Below are positions 10,622-23,089 of a stretch of DNA of 64,000 nt, piece after piece. How positions within the stretch are numbered: position 1 is the stretch's first letter; each line of letters starts with the position of its first letter. A program made the position numbers and the translations under genes. Source of the stretch: Vicugna vicugna (Eukaryota); NCBI GenBank assembly GCA_013265495.1, contig MU059006.1:186001-250000 (forward strand), written 5' to 3'. The notes below the pieces were generated by a model. That model made no database searches and was not told the origin of the DNA. It worked only from the letters and a program-made list of their open reading frames with translations.

Positions 10622-11109
10622 ATTCTTTAGAGACTCAGGCTTACTTTCCATTCCATCTTGTAGAGGAGGTGAAAAGACTTGTGCGCCTGTAGTGGGACTT
10701 GGTGGAAATCACGAATGGGGCGTTCGTTCATCTGTGTCGAGGACGTTTCTGTTGTCAGAGGGGGACTTCCGTCCAGGGCGGGTGCTGAGGCAGGAGCAGA
10801 GCTCCATCTGGGGGAGGTCTGAGCTAGATAAACATTTTGTCTGCAGCTGGGAGTCTGCTGGGCAGGCTCAGGGGGACTGGACAAGCTGGCTTGTCCAGGA
10901 GCTGGTTCCTGAAAAGTGTGATGCACAGCCCCTGTTCCCAGTGGGTCAACTTGCCTTTCAAAAGACCCGGGAGGAGAATGTACTTAACAGAAGTGAGTCT
11001 TTTCATGAGAGAATGTATGATTGGTCCCTTCCCTAGGTTAAACCCTCACACAAAGCCTGAGAACAAATACCTGCTGAAAGTCATGGGATGTAGTGGGCTT
11101 GGGTGCAAG

Positions 11110-11242
11110 ATGGGTTTGGATTCAAATCATACTTTTGAGTAACTTTGAGTAAGTCACTTCTCAGAATCTTGTTTTTTCCTTCCATAAAATGGGCACGATA
11201 CCATCTTCTTCACGGGACTGGTAAACACACCAACTGACATAA
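11110..11242. mobile_element. MIR SINE
   Basis: TTGGATTCAAATC...AACTTTGAGTAAGTCACTT...TAAAATGGG MIR core. Confidence 0.65.
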
Positions 11243-11860
11243 TGTGTTTGTTTGTTTGTTGGGGCTGCTGTTAACAGAAGACCAGGAGCTGGAGGCTCAA
11301 ACCACAGAAATCTGTTGTCTCACAGTTCCATCAAAGGAGATCTGAGCTGGACAGAGACTTGAGGCTTGACATCAGGAGGCTAGAAATTCTAGATCGAGGT
11401 GTGAGCAGGCTGGGTTCCTTCTGAGGGCTGTGAGGGAGGACCTGTTCTGCACCTCTCCTCTGCCTGCTGGTGGCGGGCTGTCAGTCTTTGACGTTTGTGG
11501 ACTTGGAGAAGAATAACCCCAAATTCTGCCTTGATTTTCATGTGGTGTTCTCCCTAAGGGTGTATCTGTCTCCAAATTCCCCATCTTTTATAAGGACATC
11601 AGTATGTGAAGTTAGCGAAGAACCCAGCTTGATAACCCCATATGAAGTAGTTACACCTGCAATGGCTGTCTATTCAGATCAGGTCACATTCTGAGATACT
11701 CAGGGTTAGGACTTCAACATATAATTTTCTTTTTCTTTTTCTTTTTTTTTTTGTTTGCAAGATTTATGACTTGCAGCAAGTAAGGAGAATATCGTGGACC
11801 TTTCCCAAAGCAGTGCCTCCAATATACGAATTTTTGAAGGACAGAATTCAACCCACAACG
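11243..11860 (-). mobile_element. MaLR LTR (MLT1B/C-like) with two internal insertions
   Basis: GGGGCTGCTGTTAACA...CACAGTTC...GGAGGCTAGAA...TTTTATAAGGACATCAGT...AGGTCACATTCTGAGATACTCAGGGTTAGGACTTCAACAT...AATTCAACCCACAAC matches the antisense MLT1 consensus. Confidence 0.85.
11729..11820 (-). mobile_element. Short polyadenylated retrocopy resembling an ERV LTR R region, inserted in the MLT1 LTR
   Basis: Minus strand reads GGAGGCACTGCTTTGGGAAAGGTCCACGATATTCTCCTTACTTGCTGCAAGTCATAAATCTTGCAAAC plus an A-rich tail. Flanked by AACATATAATTTT / AATATACGAATTTT, a duplicated piece of the host LTR. Confidence 0.7.
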
Positions 11861-12169
11861 AGTGACCCATGCAGAATGACTGGCATACCACAGTTCCTCA
11901 ATAAATATAAATAAAATGATTGCATATTGTAATATTAATATTTTGGATCCATCAAGTTTTTTAAAAAACCCATATTACTGGAATTATTGTCACCTGTTTT
12001 TTCCTTTTTTAATGTGGCTATAAGAAGATATAAAATTACATATTTGGCTCATATCTGTGGCTCAGATTCTATTTCTATTAGACGGCGCCGGTCGAGAGCC
12101 TACAGCAGCAGCAAAGCATGGAATTTTGAGTCAACATCTCTGCGCTCCAACCCAAACTGTCGTTCCAGC

Positions 12170-12335
12170 TTTGTCAACAAGGGCAAGTGATTCAGTCTCT
12201 ATGGCCCTGAGGTTTCCCATGTGTGAATTGGAGATAAGAGTGTTCTCACCAGTATTGTGGTGAGGATGAGGTGGGATCAGGCACACAGAATAACTAACCG
12301 GAGTTCGCTACCCAGGAGAAACTCAGTAAATGTGT
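12170..12335. mobile_element. MIR SINE
   Basis: GGGCAAGTGATTCAGTCTCT...GGTTTCCCATGTGTGAATTGGAGATAA...TTGTGGTGAGGATGAG...CTCAGTAAATG. Confidence 0.65.
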
Positions 12336-14559
12336 GTTTCCAATCCTGCTAGGTAGTAGGAAGAGAAAACCTCGCTGTCAAAGCTCTCTTGGTCAACACC
12401 AGCTGTTTGGCGAGTGGTTTGCAAAGGTGGAGTTCTGAGTGAGCACAGAGAACAAAAGGAAGTTCAACCACCCAGAGAAAGCCCTCAGTATTATTCTGTG
12501 TGAAAAGTTTAGAGTTTTTTGGGGGGCAGTGGGGTGTAAAGGTCTTTATTTGAATTTATCTGCTTGCATTTCTTTAAAACTCGCTCTGAAGTGGAATGTA
12601 CCCTTGACAAACAGAAAATACTGGTGATGCATCAGTATTGGTGCTGTGTGTGTGCAGAAGTCAGAGCCGCACAGAGCGTGTTCTCCTCCTGTCCTCCCCG
12701 TCCCAGCACAAACCTTAGAAACTCTGGGTAGCTGCTCTCATCTGGTCTCCTGGGTCGCAGGCGGCCTTGACCTTGTAGCATTTCTGAGAACGACACATTT
12801 GGACACTCAGGGAGACCACTCAGAGGTGACGAGTCTCACAGAGCCGGTCTTAAAATATAATCATTGAACTGAAATTACAATTGAGAAAAGCTGAATATAT
12901 TGTCATTGGAGAAAGAAGGGTCTTATCCAAATTGCCCAGACGTTCATATTAAAGGCACAGGAGTGTCGGGGGCAGGGGCTGGGGTAAGTTGGATCTAAGA
13001 GCCTGGTGCACTGTGTCTCTCTACACCGTTCAATGCAGCAGATGGTGTCTGGGGACACAGGGTGTCCAGAACACAGGTCCCAACAGCTCCGTGTGTGCGG
13101 GCGCATCTGAAGAGCTGTTTAGTTCTACACACTGCACCCTAAGAGGGAAATTGGAAAGTGGGGCTTGTACTAAGGGAGATAAGCATGTAGGAACCAGCTC
13201 ACATGGAAACCACTGGCCGATTGGGAGTGTTTAAATCTAAAAAGGGAGACCTGGGAAGTCTATGAGAGCTGGAAAGAAATGGAAAAAAATTTTTAGAAAG
13301 GAAAAAGTTGGGTTCACTGCACCAGAAGAAGGTTCTAGACTCACAATGCTGGCCACTTTGGGTGGGAGAGAGGCCGGGGGTGGGCCTTGGGAAAGCGCTG
13401 ATTGGCTTCTATAGGGAAGTGTATCTAATGATTGTGTTTAATGATTCATGCCCTCTCTTGTTCCTGAAAAGACTTAAAATCAATGAAAGGAACAGAATTG
13501 CCCCCCAATACAACAAGCTGTTTTGTTAGGCTGTGGGCTCCATGTCCCAGAGACATTAGAGTAATTGTCGCCTGTTCTCCAGAGTGGAGGCCTTTGTTGA
13601 GTGAGACCCTCCAACTTGGAAGTGCAGACAGCTCCTGACTGCAGGGGGGGTGCTCTAAGGAAGCTCGGAGGGCGCCCCCACTACTTGCTCCTCAGTAGCG
13701 TAAGTGTCGGGGCCACTCTCAGGTACATGTGCACTTCTGAAGTTGGACATTTGGTGTGAAACCTTCTTCTCTTCTGAAAAACGCATCGCCCTTCAGTAAA
13801 GTTCACTTTTCCTGCCCCCTCTCCAGGCCCTGGTCACCTCAGGCTCCTGGCCCCACCATCAGGCTTAAAGGGACTCCTGGACCAGCCTTCTCTCCAGGGC
13901 CCAAGTGCAGAATCAAAGCCAAGAGTGGAAAATACAATAGCTGGTGAGGATGGAGGAGGGGTGAGGCAGGTCGAAGGAAGGGTCTCCAAGGCCCCGCGTG
14001 GCCCTGGGCTGGGGAGGAGCCTCTGTTGCTGTTTTTGCCAGCCCTGCCTGGACCCTGGACTGAGCCAGCGCCCGGGGATGGGCTTCTGTTTGGATGGGGT
14101 GGGAGGTGCTTGCAGCGGTTTTAAATTGCAGTTGCCTTTGGGGAATGGGAAAGAGTGAGTCAGACACAGTTCTTTGAACCTGGGACCCCCCGGCCTGAAC
14201 TCTGAGGAGACAGGAAGGCGCTCTGGTTAGTCACTGTGTTTCTGTGGGCCATGCCGGGGGGCAAAGCATGCTCACGTGTGTTGGCCTTTCCATGGGCGGG
14301 ACAGGACACTCGGGAGCAATGGCTTCCAGTAGAATTGCCCAGGGCCAGCCAAGCACCCCGGCCTGGAATGTTCTTCAAGTCCCCTGAAGCCCAGCGCACA
14401 GCTCTGGACAAGGGGTGGGGCGATCAGACTCAAGCCAGTCAGCTGGTCTAGCACAAGTGGACAAGGGTTTTGTGAGCAGAGGACTTACTTCTCCCTCTGG
14501 GCACCTGGAAGATGGAATCCTAAGATTGGCCTTTCCAATAAGAGACCAAGAACGTAAAA

Positions 14560-15010
14560 GTGTTGTCACACGCTTTGAAGCAACAGTTCTACTCTGGAAA
14601 CTGACCAAGAAGAATTCATTCCAGATTGAAAAAATTAACTACCCGAAGATGGTCACTGCACTATTATTTATAACAACCAAAGCTCAAAATGGACTAATTA
14701 ACTTAATAAGAGAGGATTGGCAAATTAACTTACTGTGTGTCCTCACCACTGCTTGTGATTTTTAGAAAAATGTTGTAATCGCATGGGAATATGTTTATGT
14801 CTTTCAGGAGAAAACATAACTCACAATAAGAACGTACACAATTGTGTAGCCAGAGCTGTGTAAAAACATACCAGGAAAAGACAAGGATGGAAAGGTCTCA
14901 AAATGGTAGTTGACACTATGTGATAGGAAGGAAGGTTATGTTTTCTTCTCTGTTTGGCACTTTCCAAACTGCTCCGAGATGAGTGAATATGCTTGATAAT
15001 TGTGTTGATG
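14560..15010 (+). mobile_element. Old L1 (L1ME-like) 3' end
   Basis: AAGATGGTCACTGCACTATTATTTATAACAACCAAA and AAAATGGTAGTTGAC...TTTGGCACTTTCCAAA resemble the L1ME 3' UTR. Confidence 0.55.
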
Positions 15011-16539
15011 TTTTACAAAGTAACTTCAGGCTTAAGGCGAACCAGCAGCCCTTCCACGCCTGTGGAAGTCATAACAGAGAATAAGCTTTCAATGCAGGAG
15101 GCTTCTGTGTTGCTGGGAATCCATGGAATTTGAAGGCTCATGGCATAGAAAATTGCCTGAGGATGAAAATGCTGGCTCCACGGCGTGGCAATTGGTCAGT
15201 TTCACCTTGCCCTCCCCTACAGGACCCCCACAAGCCCCAGGGAAACCTGAGCGTCTTCCAGAGGGGGTGCTCAGTCTCCTATGAAGCTATACGGGGAGGA
15301 AATGTCTATCCACCTGGTGCCCCTGACACAGCTCAGGGATAGACAGATCCAGAGCATGGACTGACCACGTGTTCTTAGTCCTGTGACTCTCAGCCACGTC
15401 TCCTCATGTTGATGGTCACGCAATGAAATATTTCTTCACTTTTCCCCTGGGTCTGGCCCCAGGACAGAGAAACTCAATTGCCACATGTCTCCCCTCCCAT
15501 TGACCAGCCCCAGAGACCCTGACCTCCGTTGTGCCCGAGGAGTGATGAGCTGACTCATGGGCGGGCAAGTCTTGGCACACATCTTTGTGTTTCTCCATCA
15601 CCACTGTTATTTTCCTGTTATCCCTACCAAAGGAGGATGTTTTTGTCCTTCAGCTGGGTGTGCTCCCAAACCCCAGCAACTTACACAAAAATAGTATCAT
15701 GGTTCCCAAAAGAACATCTGTCTCTTAAGGAATTCAGAACCATCAGCAAAGTGATTAGCTATAAATTGATCCTGTTGATCACCATGAGGTCTCGAGTCTT
15801 TCCAAATAAGACAGCTTAAGACTTTGATGGAAGGTGGTTTCCCTTGGGCCAAGATCATTAGAAATGTGTATGTGAGCAGGCTCCTCTTACAGGTGGGGAA
15901 TCTGAGGCTCGGAACAAGGGGAAGGCTGGCCCCAATTCCTTGCAGACCCAGGACAGGGTCTAAGATGCCTACTTTTGGCATCCTGGTGACCTAAGGACAA
16001 CTGCTCCCATGAATACAGTCAAGCAAAAAAATGACCCAGAGAACACGGATATTTGGAACTTTGTGTATCACATCTTCTGGATGGTAGAGTCTTTCTAGAA
16101 TCACTGGGATCTCCAGCACTCAAAGAACTCCGATTTTCTACCTGCAGGCTCCGCTATCAGTTGCCAGCCAGTGAGCCACCTCCATGACACATTAAGGAAA
16201 GGAGCCCCTTATTCCTCCCTGCTGCTCTCCGTGGTACTCAGACTCCTGAGTTCCTGCGTGGAAATGGGTCCACCTTCTGCATGAAATCTGCCGATGGCCC
16301 CAGAGTTTGGATGGTGGGTCTGGAATCTGCCTCCGCCCCTGAGCAAGAGGATGGAACAGCTAGCAGAGACCCCAGCAGGATGAAACCTCACCAGACTCTG
16401 CTGCAGACACTCAGTCGGATCTCAGGCATGACTGAGACCTATAACACATCGCTCCGTGGCGGTGCTGAGAACCCCGAGTTACAAGTCCCTTAGGGAAGGA
16501 AATTAACATAGAATAAGTACCTAAGCTACACCCGCTGGA

Positions 16540-16740
16540 TCAGGAAGGGACAGGATTAACATCTTCTTTTTACACTGGGGAAACTGAGGCTGAGAAAGAG
16601 TGAGAGACTTAGTCAAACTCACTAAGCCAACGTGTGCTGGGGCCAGGATCCAAACCTAGGAATGTTTAACTTCAAATCCCATCCTGCCAGGGACTCACTT
16701 GACCTGGAACCGTTACCCTCATGTTAGAAAGACTGAGGCC
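16540..16740. mobile_element. MIR SINE
   Basis: TTTTACACTGGGGAAACTGAGGCTGAGAAAGAGTGAGAGACTTAGTCAAA...GGATCCAAACCTAGG. Confidence 0.7.
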
Positions 16741-18959
16741 AAGAGGAATGGTGGAGTGTTCACTTCAATCAAACATGGTGGTGGAAGTGGCATCATATCG
16801 ACTTCCTCCCCCAAATCCCAGTAACATGAAAACCATCAGCCAATGAGCAAAAGAAAAAAAAAGAAAAACGGCAGCAGATTAGACATGTCAGTAGAACTTT
16901 GGGAAGTCAGAAAGGTGAAAGCTAAGCTTACAGTGAGGAGGGCAGTAAGGAGTCAGCTGATTGATCCCAACAAATCATTGGAAGGGCTCTGGCGTTGGAG
17001 GTGGCGGGAATTATGAACGTGGGGACCAGAGTGGTACTGAAAACAGAGGTTTTGTGGAAACTGAACAAGAAGGTTGTATTCGCCCATCCTCTCCCCACCC
17101 AGCATAGCCGGGCGCCCCCAGAACACACACAAGGTCCTTTCTAGGGAAACCAAGGAGAAGCAGCTCTGAATTCAGGGAAAGCAGTTACTGCTAAAGATGC
17201 GGGTGAGGTGCCGCACTGAAGAGGGGGTATGGTGACCTTCTGGAAAGGAACCTTCATATCCTCAGCCCCTTCCCGCCTCCAACCCCTCAACAAGCAGAAG
17301 CCACCCCTACCCATCCCCAGACAGGAGATGGGAGACGGTGTGTTGGGGGCACTCCCGATCTGCCCAGGGGCAAATGAACAGACATTTGCAGTCCCCAAAG
17401 GAAAGGCCAGGTCCCCACGTGACCACATGACTTGGAAAGCCCTCAAGTGATCGCCCCAGCCGTCACCCCCACATACACTTTATACCCAGAGTTTCCAATC
17501 AACCTTGCTGCCTCAGTCTGGATTTAAATTTTATATTGCGTTTTGACTTGAGAGAGACAAATTTAAGTTAATGGAACTCCTCGTCTCAGAGGGCAGCACT
17601 GGTCCACGCAAGCCCCTCTTTTGTGTTGGTTTGTTTTCTCTTCTATCCTTAGTCCCCAGCCCCCCTCAACCCCCACCATAAGCAGCTATTCTGAAATACT
17701 TGGTATCATTTCTAAGTTTCATTAGGTCTCATCAGGTCTCTCCTAACCAGACAAGCCCCCAAGCCCCTGCCATTGTCACACTCTCCCCAGTGACCCTGCC
17801 TCTGGCCCTCCTAGAGCCCGCCCTGCTGTGAATTTGCTAACCTGCACGAGAACATGAGCTCACGAGCTCACGGGCTGGGACCCTGCCTCCTGTCCCTTGG
17901 GTTCCCAGGCCCTAGAACTGGCCCTCGCAGGGATTGCAGGAACCTGACACTTTCCTGCCCCAAAATGCTTGTGGCCCTGGAGCTCCCACCCACTCCAGGC
18001 TCCCAGGAGCCTGTCCCTACCTGCCCACCCCACGTCCTTCTCCATCCCCTCTGCATGGCCCATCCCTTTTGTGAACAAATGGGAACACACATTTCAGGAA
18101 AGGAAAGTTGTAGCCCAGAGGGCCCAGTCCCCCTATTCTGTGGTTGGGCCTAGGTGTGAGGTTCCCAGGGTTGGCCTGCTGGGGTGGCCCCCGGCCTTTG
18201 CTCTTGGGGCGGGTCCAGGCCAGAGCACAGACTCCCCCAGCCACCCACAGGCCTAGTCAGACACAGATCTCCCGGGCTGCAGCATAAAACCCTAACTAGG
18301 TACATAAAAGCCACCTGCCAGCCCGCCGGTGCCTCTGCTGGTTCCAGAGAGCCCCCAAGACCAGCCAAGACAGACGGCAAGGGTTGGGACAGAGTGGCAC
18401 CAGGTTACAGGGTCCCCAGATGCCTGGCACCTGGGCACAGAGTGTAGCAGCGGCAAGGCTTCTTTAAACCACCTGGCTGCCTCCTCACTCTGGGGTAGAA
18501 GAGACCTGGCGTCACCAAAGTGATTTAAGGAATGATGTTTAAGTCTTAGGATCCACCTGGCAAGGTGAATATTACATGGGAAGCAGGCTTTGTGCTTGAG
18601 AAGTTGAAGGTCATCAGCGGTCATGCAGCTAGACAGGAAGAGGCTGGTCCTCCACCCTTGCTGTCTGCCACTCTCGCTGCCTGCTCCCCTCCATGGACCA
18701 GGCTTTAGAGAACCGCCTTTGGGTCTGTGGGAGGTCAGACTCCCTCCTCAGTGAGAGCAGACTGCTGTCGTTTCCAGAATCCCAGCTTCAGGAAGGAGAT
18801 GGAGGCTTCATGCTTCTCTTGGTTCACTGCCCCAGCTGCAGGCAGGACCCTGGCTCCCAGCGCCTGACCATGAATATTCTTTGTGTTTCTCTAAATTGCC
18901 CTGCAAAGCCACATCTCTGCTTCAGCAGATACCACATGACTCTTCCAATTTCCCTCCCA

Positions 18960-19380
18960 ATGGCCTAACTCAGTGGTCCAGGTAGCTATGATCGCTTGAA
19001 ATGTCTACAAGGGCCAAGGGTATGCTTGCCTTCTACCTTATTTGAAGTTCTTGGGAAGACCATGCCTGTTCCTTTTTCTCTGACTCTGTATGCTCCATTG
19101 GCCTGGAACACCTTTTCTTCTTTCACTATGATGTTTTGGGTGGGGGCGGTGCCCAGTTGCCACCTCCTCCAGGAAGCCCTCCTGGACTTCTCCATCCAGG
19201 TGCAGTTAGGGTCTCACAGTGAGATCTCTCCCATCACCCCTTGTGCCACATCCACTTCTTTGTCCTCATCTTGTGACCCACACCACCTTGCTCTCACTTC
19301 CTGGAAGCCTTCAGAACCACCTGCCCCGTGCTCAGCTCATCACAGACCCTCGAGAAACATTGTCCAATAGATGTTGAACA
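18960..19380 (+). mobile_element. L2a 3' end
   Basis: GCTCCATTGGCCTGGAACACCTTT...CACCTCCTCCAGGAAGCCCTCCTGGAC...CAATAGATGTTGAA. Confidence 0.65.
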
Positions 19381-20649
19381 GGAAAAATCTCCAAATCCCA
19401 CTGGAAACAGTGAGAATCAGAAACAGGAATCCAAAGGACCCTGTGAGCTGGACCGGGATGAGGGCAGGAGCAGGGCCAGCACCTCCCAGAGGTGTTCTTG
19501 TGGGGGATCCTGGTACCTGCTCCAGTCTCCTGTCATCTACTTATGGGACCGGACCCCATGCTGGCATCTCACATAGGATGAAATTATCCCATGTAAAATG
19601 TTCATTTGATTCATCTGAATCTGAGACAAGGGCACCACTGGCAAACTGGTTCTAGAAGAAAGGCTCGCAGTCTAGCTTGTGTTGAGGGGAACTGATTTTA
19701 ACTCTGCCAATCAGCCAACTTCCTTGGTCATAGGAAAAGTGGCAGAGGCTGCCAGCCTTGTATCCTGGCGCCACGTGATGCACCTGCCACCCTCAGCAGG
19801 CACCTCGGACATAGGAGAACAGGAGATCTACGATTCAAGTCCTCAGGAAGCAGTGGGGGCAGGGGCAGGCCCTCCTTACCTCTTAGGGGCCTCCCAATCC
19901 CAGTCTCTCTCCAGCCAATCTTCCAAGCCCCTCCTCATCCAGCCCCTCCCTACTGACAAGACTGCTCCAGGCTTCCGTGTCCACAGAAGATGCCAACCTG
20001 CAGCCCAGCAGTCCAGTTGCCCTCTCAGTCCAGCCCTTCGCATCCTGCTTCCCCCCGTACTCCCCCATGGCCAGCCCACCAAACTATTACTCTTCCCTGA
20101 AAATAGCTAAATATTTGGAAAGAGCCTGGATGGGTGTTATCATGAAGAGAAGGAGTCCCCAAGAAGCAGTACCTGGCTTCCGGAGGAAGAGGTGGGAATG
20201 TGGATGGAGCTTGGAAAGGCAAGTGGATTGAATGATGCCCTGGCAGTGCAGCAGGAGGGAAGTGAGAGCAGAGGCATCTCTGGGGGCTGGCAGTTTTCAT
20301 TGACATGTTGGCCCGGGGTCAGGCAGACCTGTGTGAGTATCAGCATGAATAGCGGGGAAACTAGGACTTGAATTTTATAGACAGCAGGGCATGGCCACAG
20401 TCCTTACAGCAGGGTCTGGGTCCTCCTAGGATGGGCCAAAAGGAGGAAAAGCTAAGGCTGAGTCCAGCATACAGAGGAGGGTACCCAGAGTGTGAGATCT
20501 TCCTGGGGTCTGAACACCTCTGGCCAAGGAGCAGTTCTCTGCAGAATAGCCTGGGGAACCCTTGACGCTGGGAATGGAGGTGTGTGAGGACATCAGTCCC
20601 TCTGGAAGGGCAAGCAGGAGAGGAGGAAAGCAGGATTGACAGCCCCTGC

Positions 20650-20749
20650 AGTGTTGACCACAGTGCTCGTTTGCCCAGGTCTGAGATGCATGACTTTTGG
20701 GGCTAAAACCAGGAAGGTCCTGGGTCAGTGGACACGGTTGGTCACCCTA
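20650..20749. mobile_element. MER81-like hAT-Blackjack MITE
   Basis: GTTGACCA...GTTTGCCCAGG...GCTAAAACCAGGAAGGTCCTGGG...GTTGGTCACCCTA; terminal GGTCACCCTA is typical of this group. Confidence 0.65.
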
Positions 20750-20769
20750 GCCCTACGATGAGCCAAGAA

Positions 20770-20870
20770 CAGTATTCATCTCAATTGTTTCACTCTTCAC
20801 AAGCACCCTGTAGGATCTGTTCCTTATTATCTGCATTTTACAGAAGAGGAAATAGAGTTCCCCAGGGTCT
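20770..20870. mobile_element. MIR SINE
   Basis: ATTATCTGCATTTTACAGAAGAGGAAATAGAG. Confidence 0.6.
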
Positions 20871-21973
20871 CACACCTGCTCCAGGATGAAGCCAGGGGCC
20901 AGACCCTGGACCACAGATTCCAATGTGATCTCTTTCCAGGGAGTCCTGGTGCTTCCCAGAGGACCAGGGATTTAAATAGTGCACACTGAGGCCTAAGCTG
21001 AGGCTGGAGAAGGGACAGCAGTCAGCCAGACTGGACAAGCAGGTCCAAGAGGAAACTGCAGACAGGCAGGCTGGCCTCACAGGTGAGCCCGGCATGGGGA
21101 CCTCGGGCAGCCAGGGAAGGAGGCAGAGATCAGGGTCTCCTTTGTGGTCTCTAAGGTGCTGGGGGCTCAGCCACCAGACCGAATCCACAGCACTGCTTGC
21201 CTGGGCTGGGGTAGATGCCCAAGTCTGCGACAGCCTGGGCTGAGTCCCCTGGTGAGGATCAAGGGTCCCTACCATCAGACACAGAAGCAGAAGGTCACGG
21301 CAATGCTGTAGCCATGATAGGACCCGACCAGACATGAGCCTGCCAACGCCCCCTCGAGTCTGACCTATTCAAGGCAGAAAGTGGGATGGAGAAGGGCTGT
21401 GGGGAAAGGGGGCCATGCCAACAAGAACCCAGGTAGGTCTCAGGAGACCAATATTGTGAGTCCCTTTGGATGTAAAAAAATACCTGTTGGGAGACATACC
21501 ACAGCCTGGAGGACATTTACAAAGATGGGAAGGGGTTGGGGACCAATGAAACTCCCAATGGGTAACAAGAGATGATGAAACTCAAAACCGTTTTTTGGTT
21601 TGTTTTTCAGGATGCTGTAGTAAAAATTAAGACTGATTTCACAAAAGCTGAGCGATGGTCAAAGGGTATAGAATGTGCTGGACCTCAATCATTTTATATA
21701 TCCCAAACAGCACACACAATACATGCTGGGAGAAATAGCCCATCCCTCTAGTACCAGGAGCCAGTCAGATAACCCTCCTGCAGTCCTCCCTCAAAACTGA
21801 TCCAGAGTTGAGCCAGGCCAACCCAAGTCCTCCGCTGGGATTCTCAGACTGGGCTGGGAGGGAATCACGCCTTTCTTCCTTGGCCATAAGCTCTGAGACC
21901 CATCTCGGCTCTACTCCACCCCTCACAGGAGAGAATGAAGCTGAGACCCGAGGCAGAAAGAAAATGTCCACAC

Positions 21974-22178
21974 TAGGAGTTGGCAAACTCCAGCCTATGG
22001 GCCAAATCCAGCTCACCACTTATTTTTGTAAATAAAGTTTTATTGGCACCCAGCCATGACCCTTCATTTACATTCTACCTATGGTTGCTTCCACAGAGCT
22101 GAGATCATATAGCCCACAAAGTCTAAAATATGTAATATCTGGCTCTTTACAGGAAAAAAATTTTTTTGCCTGCCCTTG
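21974..22178 (+). mobile_element. MER58A hAT-Charlie MITE
   Basis: TAGGAGTTGGCAAAC...GGCCAAATCCAG...TTTTGTAAATAAAGTTTTATTGG...GCCCACAAAGTCTAAAATAT...TTTGCC. 8-bp TSD GTCCACAC/GTCCAGAT (6/8). Confidence 0.85.
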
Positions 22179-22478
22179 GTCCAGATGGTAACCAGAATGT
22201 TCATAGAGTTACCACATACATTGCTCTTGTATTTTACGATAGCTAAGTAGTAATTATATAATTAGTTAACATTAAAGCTGCTTTCATTTGGAAGAAGAAA
22301 AAAGGAAAGAAAGGGGGGAAGGGGGGTTCTCACAGTGTTGAAGTCCTTAGCTTGAGTTTTCCCAAAGGCTGGCTGCACCCCTCCCTCTTGGCAGTCTGAT
22401 TACCTGAGCCAGTCAATCCCTCCGTCCCAACTGTGCTGGCTTGACCTTGGTTTCTGTCAATCAAAGGTTCCTGATTAA

Positions 22479-22693
22479 CTATATATAAAAGTAGATTAAA
22501 GAATAAATTTGTTCCGTATAACACAGGGAACTATATTCAGTATCATGTAGTAACCTTTAATGGAAAAGAATATGAAAACGAATATATGTTTATATATGTA
22601 TGACTGAAACATTGTGCTGTACACCAGAAATTGACACATCATAACTGACTACACATCAATTAAAAAAATAAAAAATACAAAAGCTTTCTTTTA
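22479..22693 (+). mobile_element. 5'-truncated cetartiodactyl-type L1 3' end
   Basis: CTATATATAAAAGTAGAT...ACAGGGAACTATATTCAGTATC...TGCTGTACACCAGAAATTGACACA plus poly(A). TSD AAAGGTTCCTGATTAA (22463-22478) / AAAGGTGCCTGGTTAA (22694-22709), 14/16. Confidence 0.85.
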
Positions 22694-23089
22694 AAAGGTG
22701 CCTGGTTAAATCCTGGAGAGTTAGTAAATCCTTCTGGAACCAGAAGAAGCTGCCAAGGGGCCCAGAGCTGACCATTTCTGGCCCATTACTTTTCCCCGAC
22801 TCCTGCCACCTGATAAAAGGCTCAGAGGGGAGACAAAAGGCAAAAGGGGCAGGGAGTCAGGAGCTATCGAGGAAGCATCACCCCCACGGGTTCCTCTCCC
22901 CTCCTGCAGCCTGAGAACAAATCCCCCTTCACTCCCTGAGCAAATCCACAGGACAGACCCTCATCTGCCACTGTCTCCCCAGGAGTTCCCAGGGCACAGA
23001 GGACACAGGACAGGGCATCTGGGAGGACTTCTGGGGCAAAGCAAAACTCAACCCTGAGGCTCGAAGATGGGAGAAGGCCAGATGGGTGG

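Noticed and set aside
18283-18623. Paired CATAAAA (18283, 18303) and DR4-like AGGTCA-TCAG-CGGTCA (18608-18623)
   Set aside because: Isolated short motifs with no CpG, TSS or clustering support.
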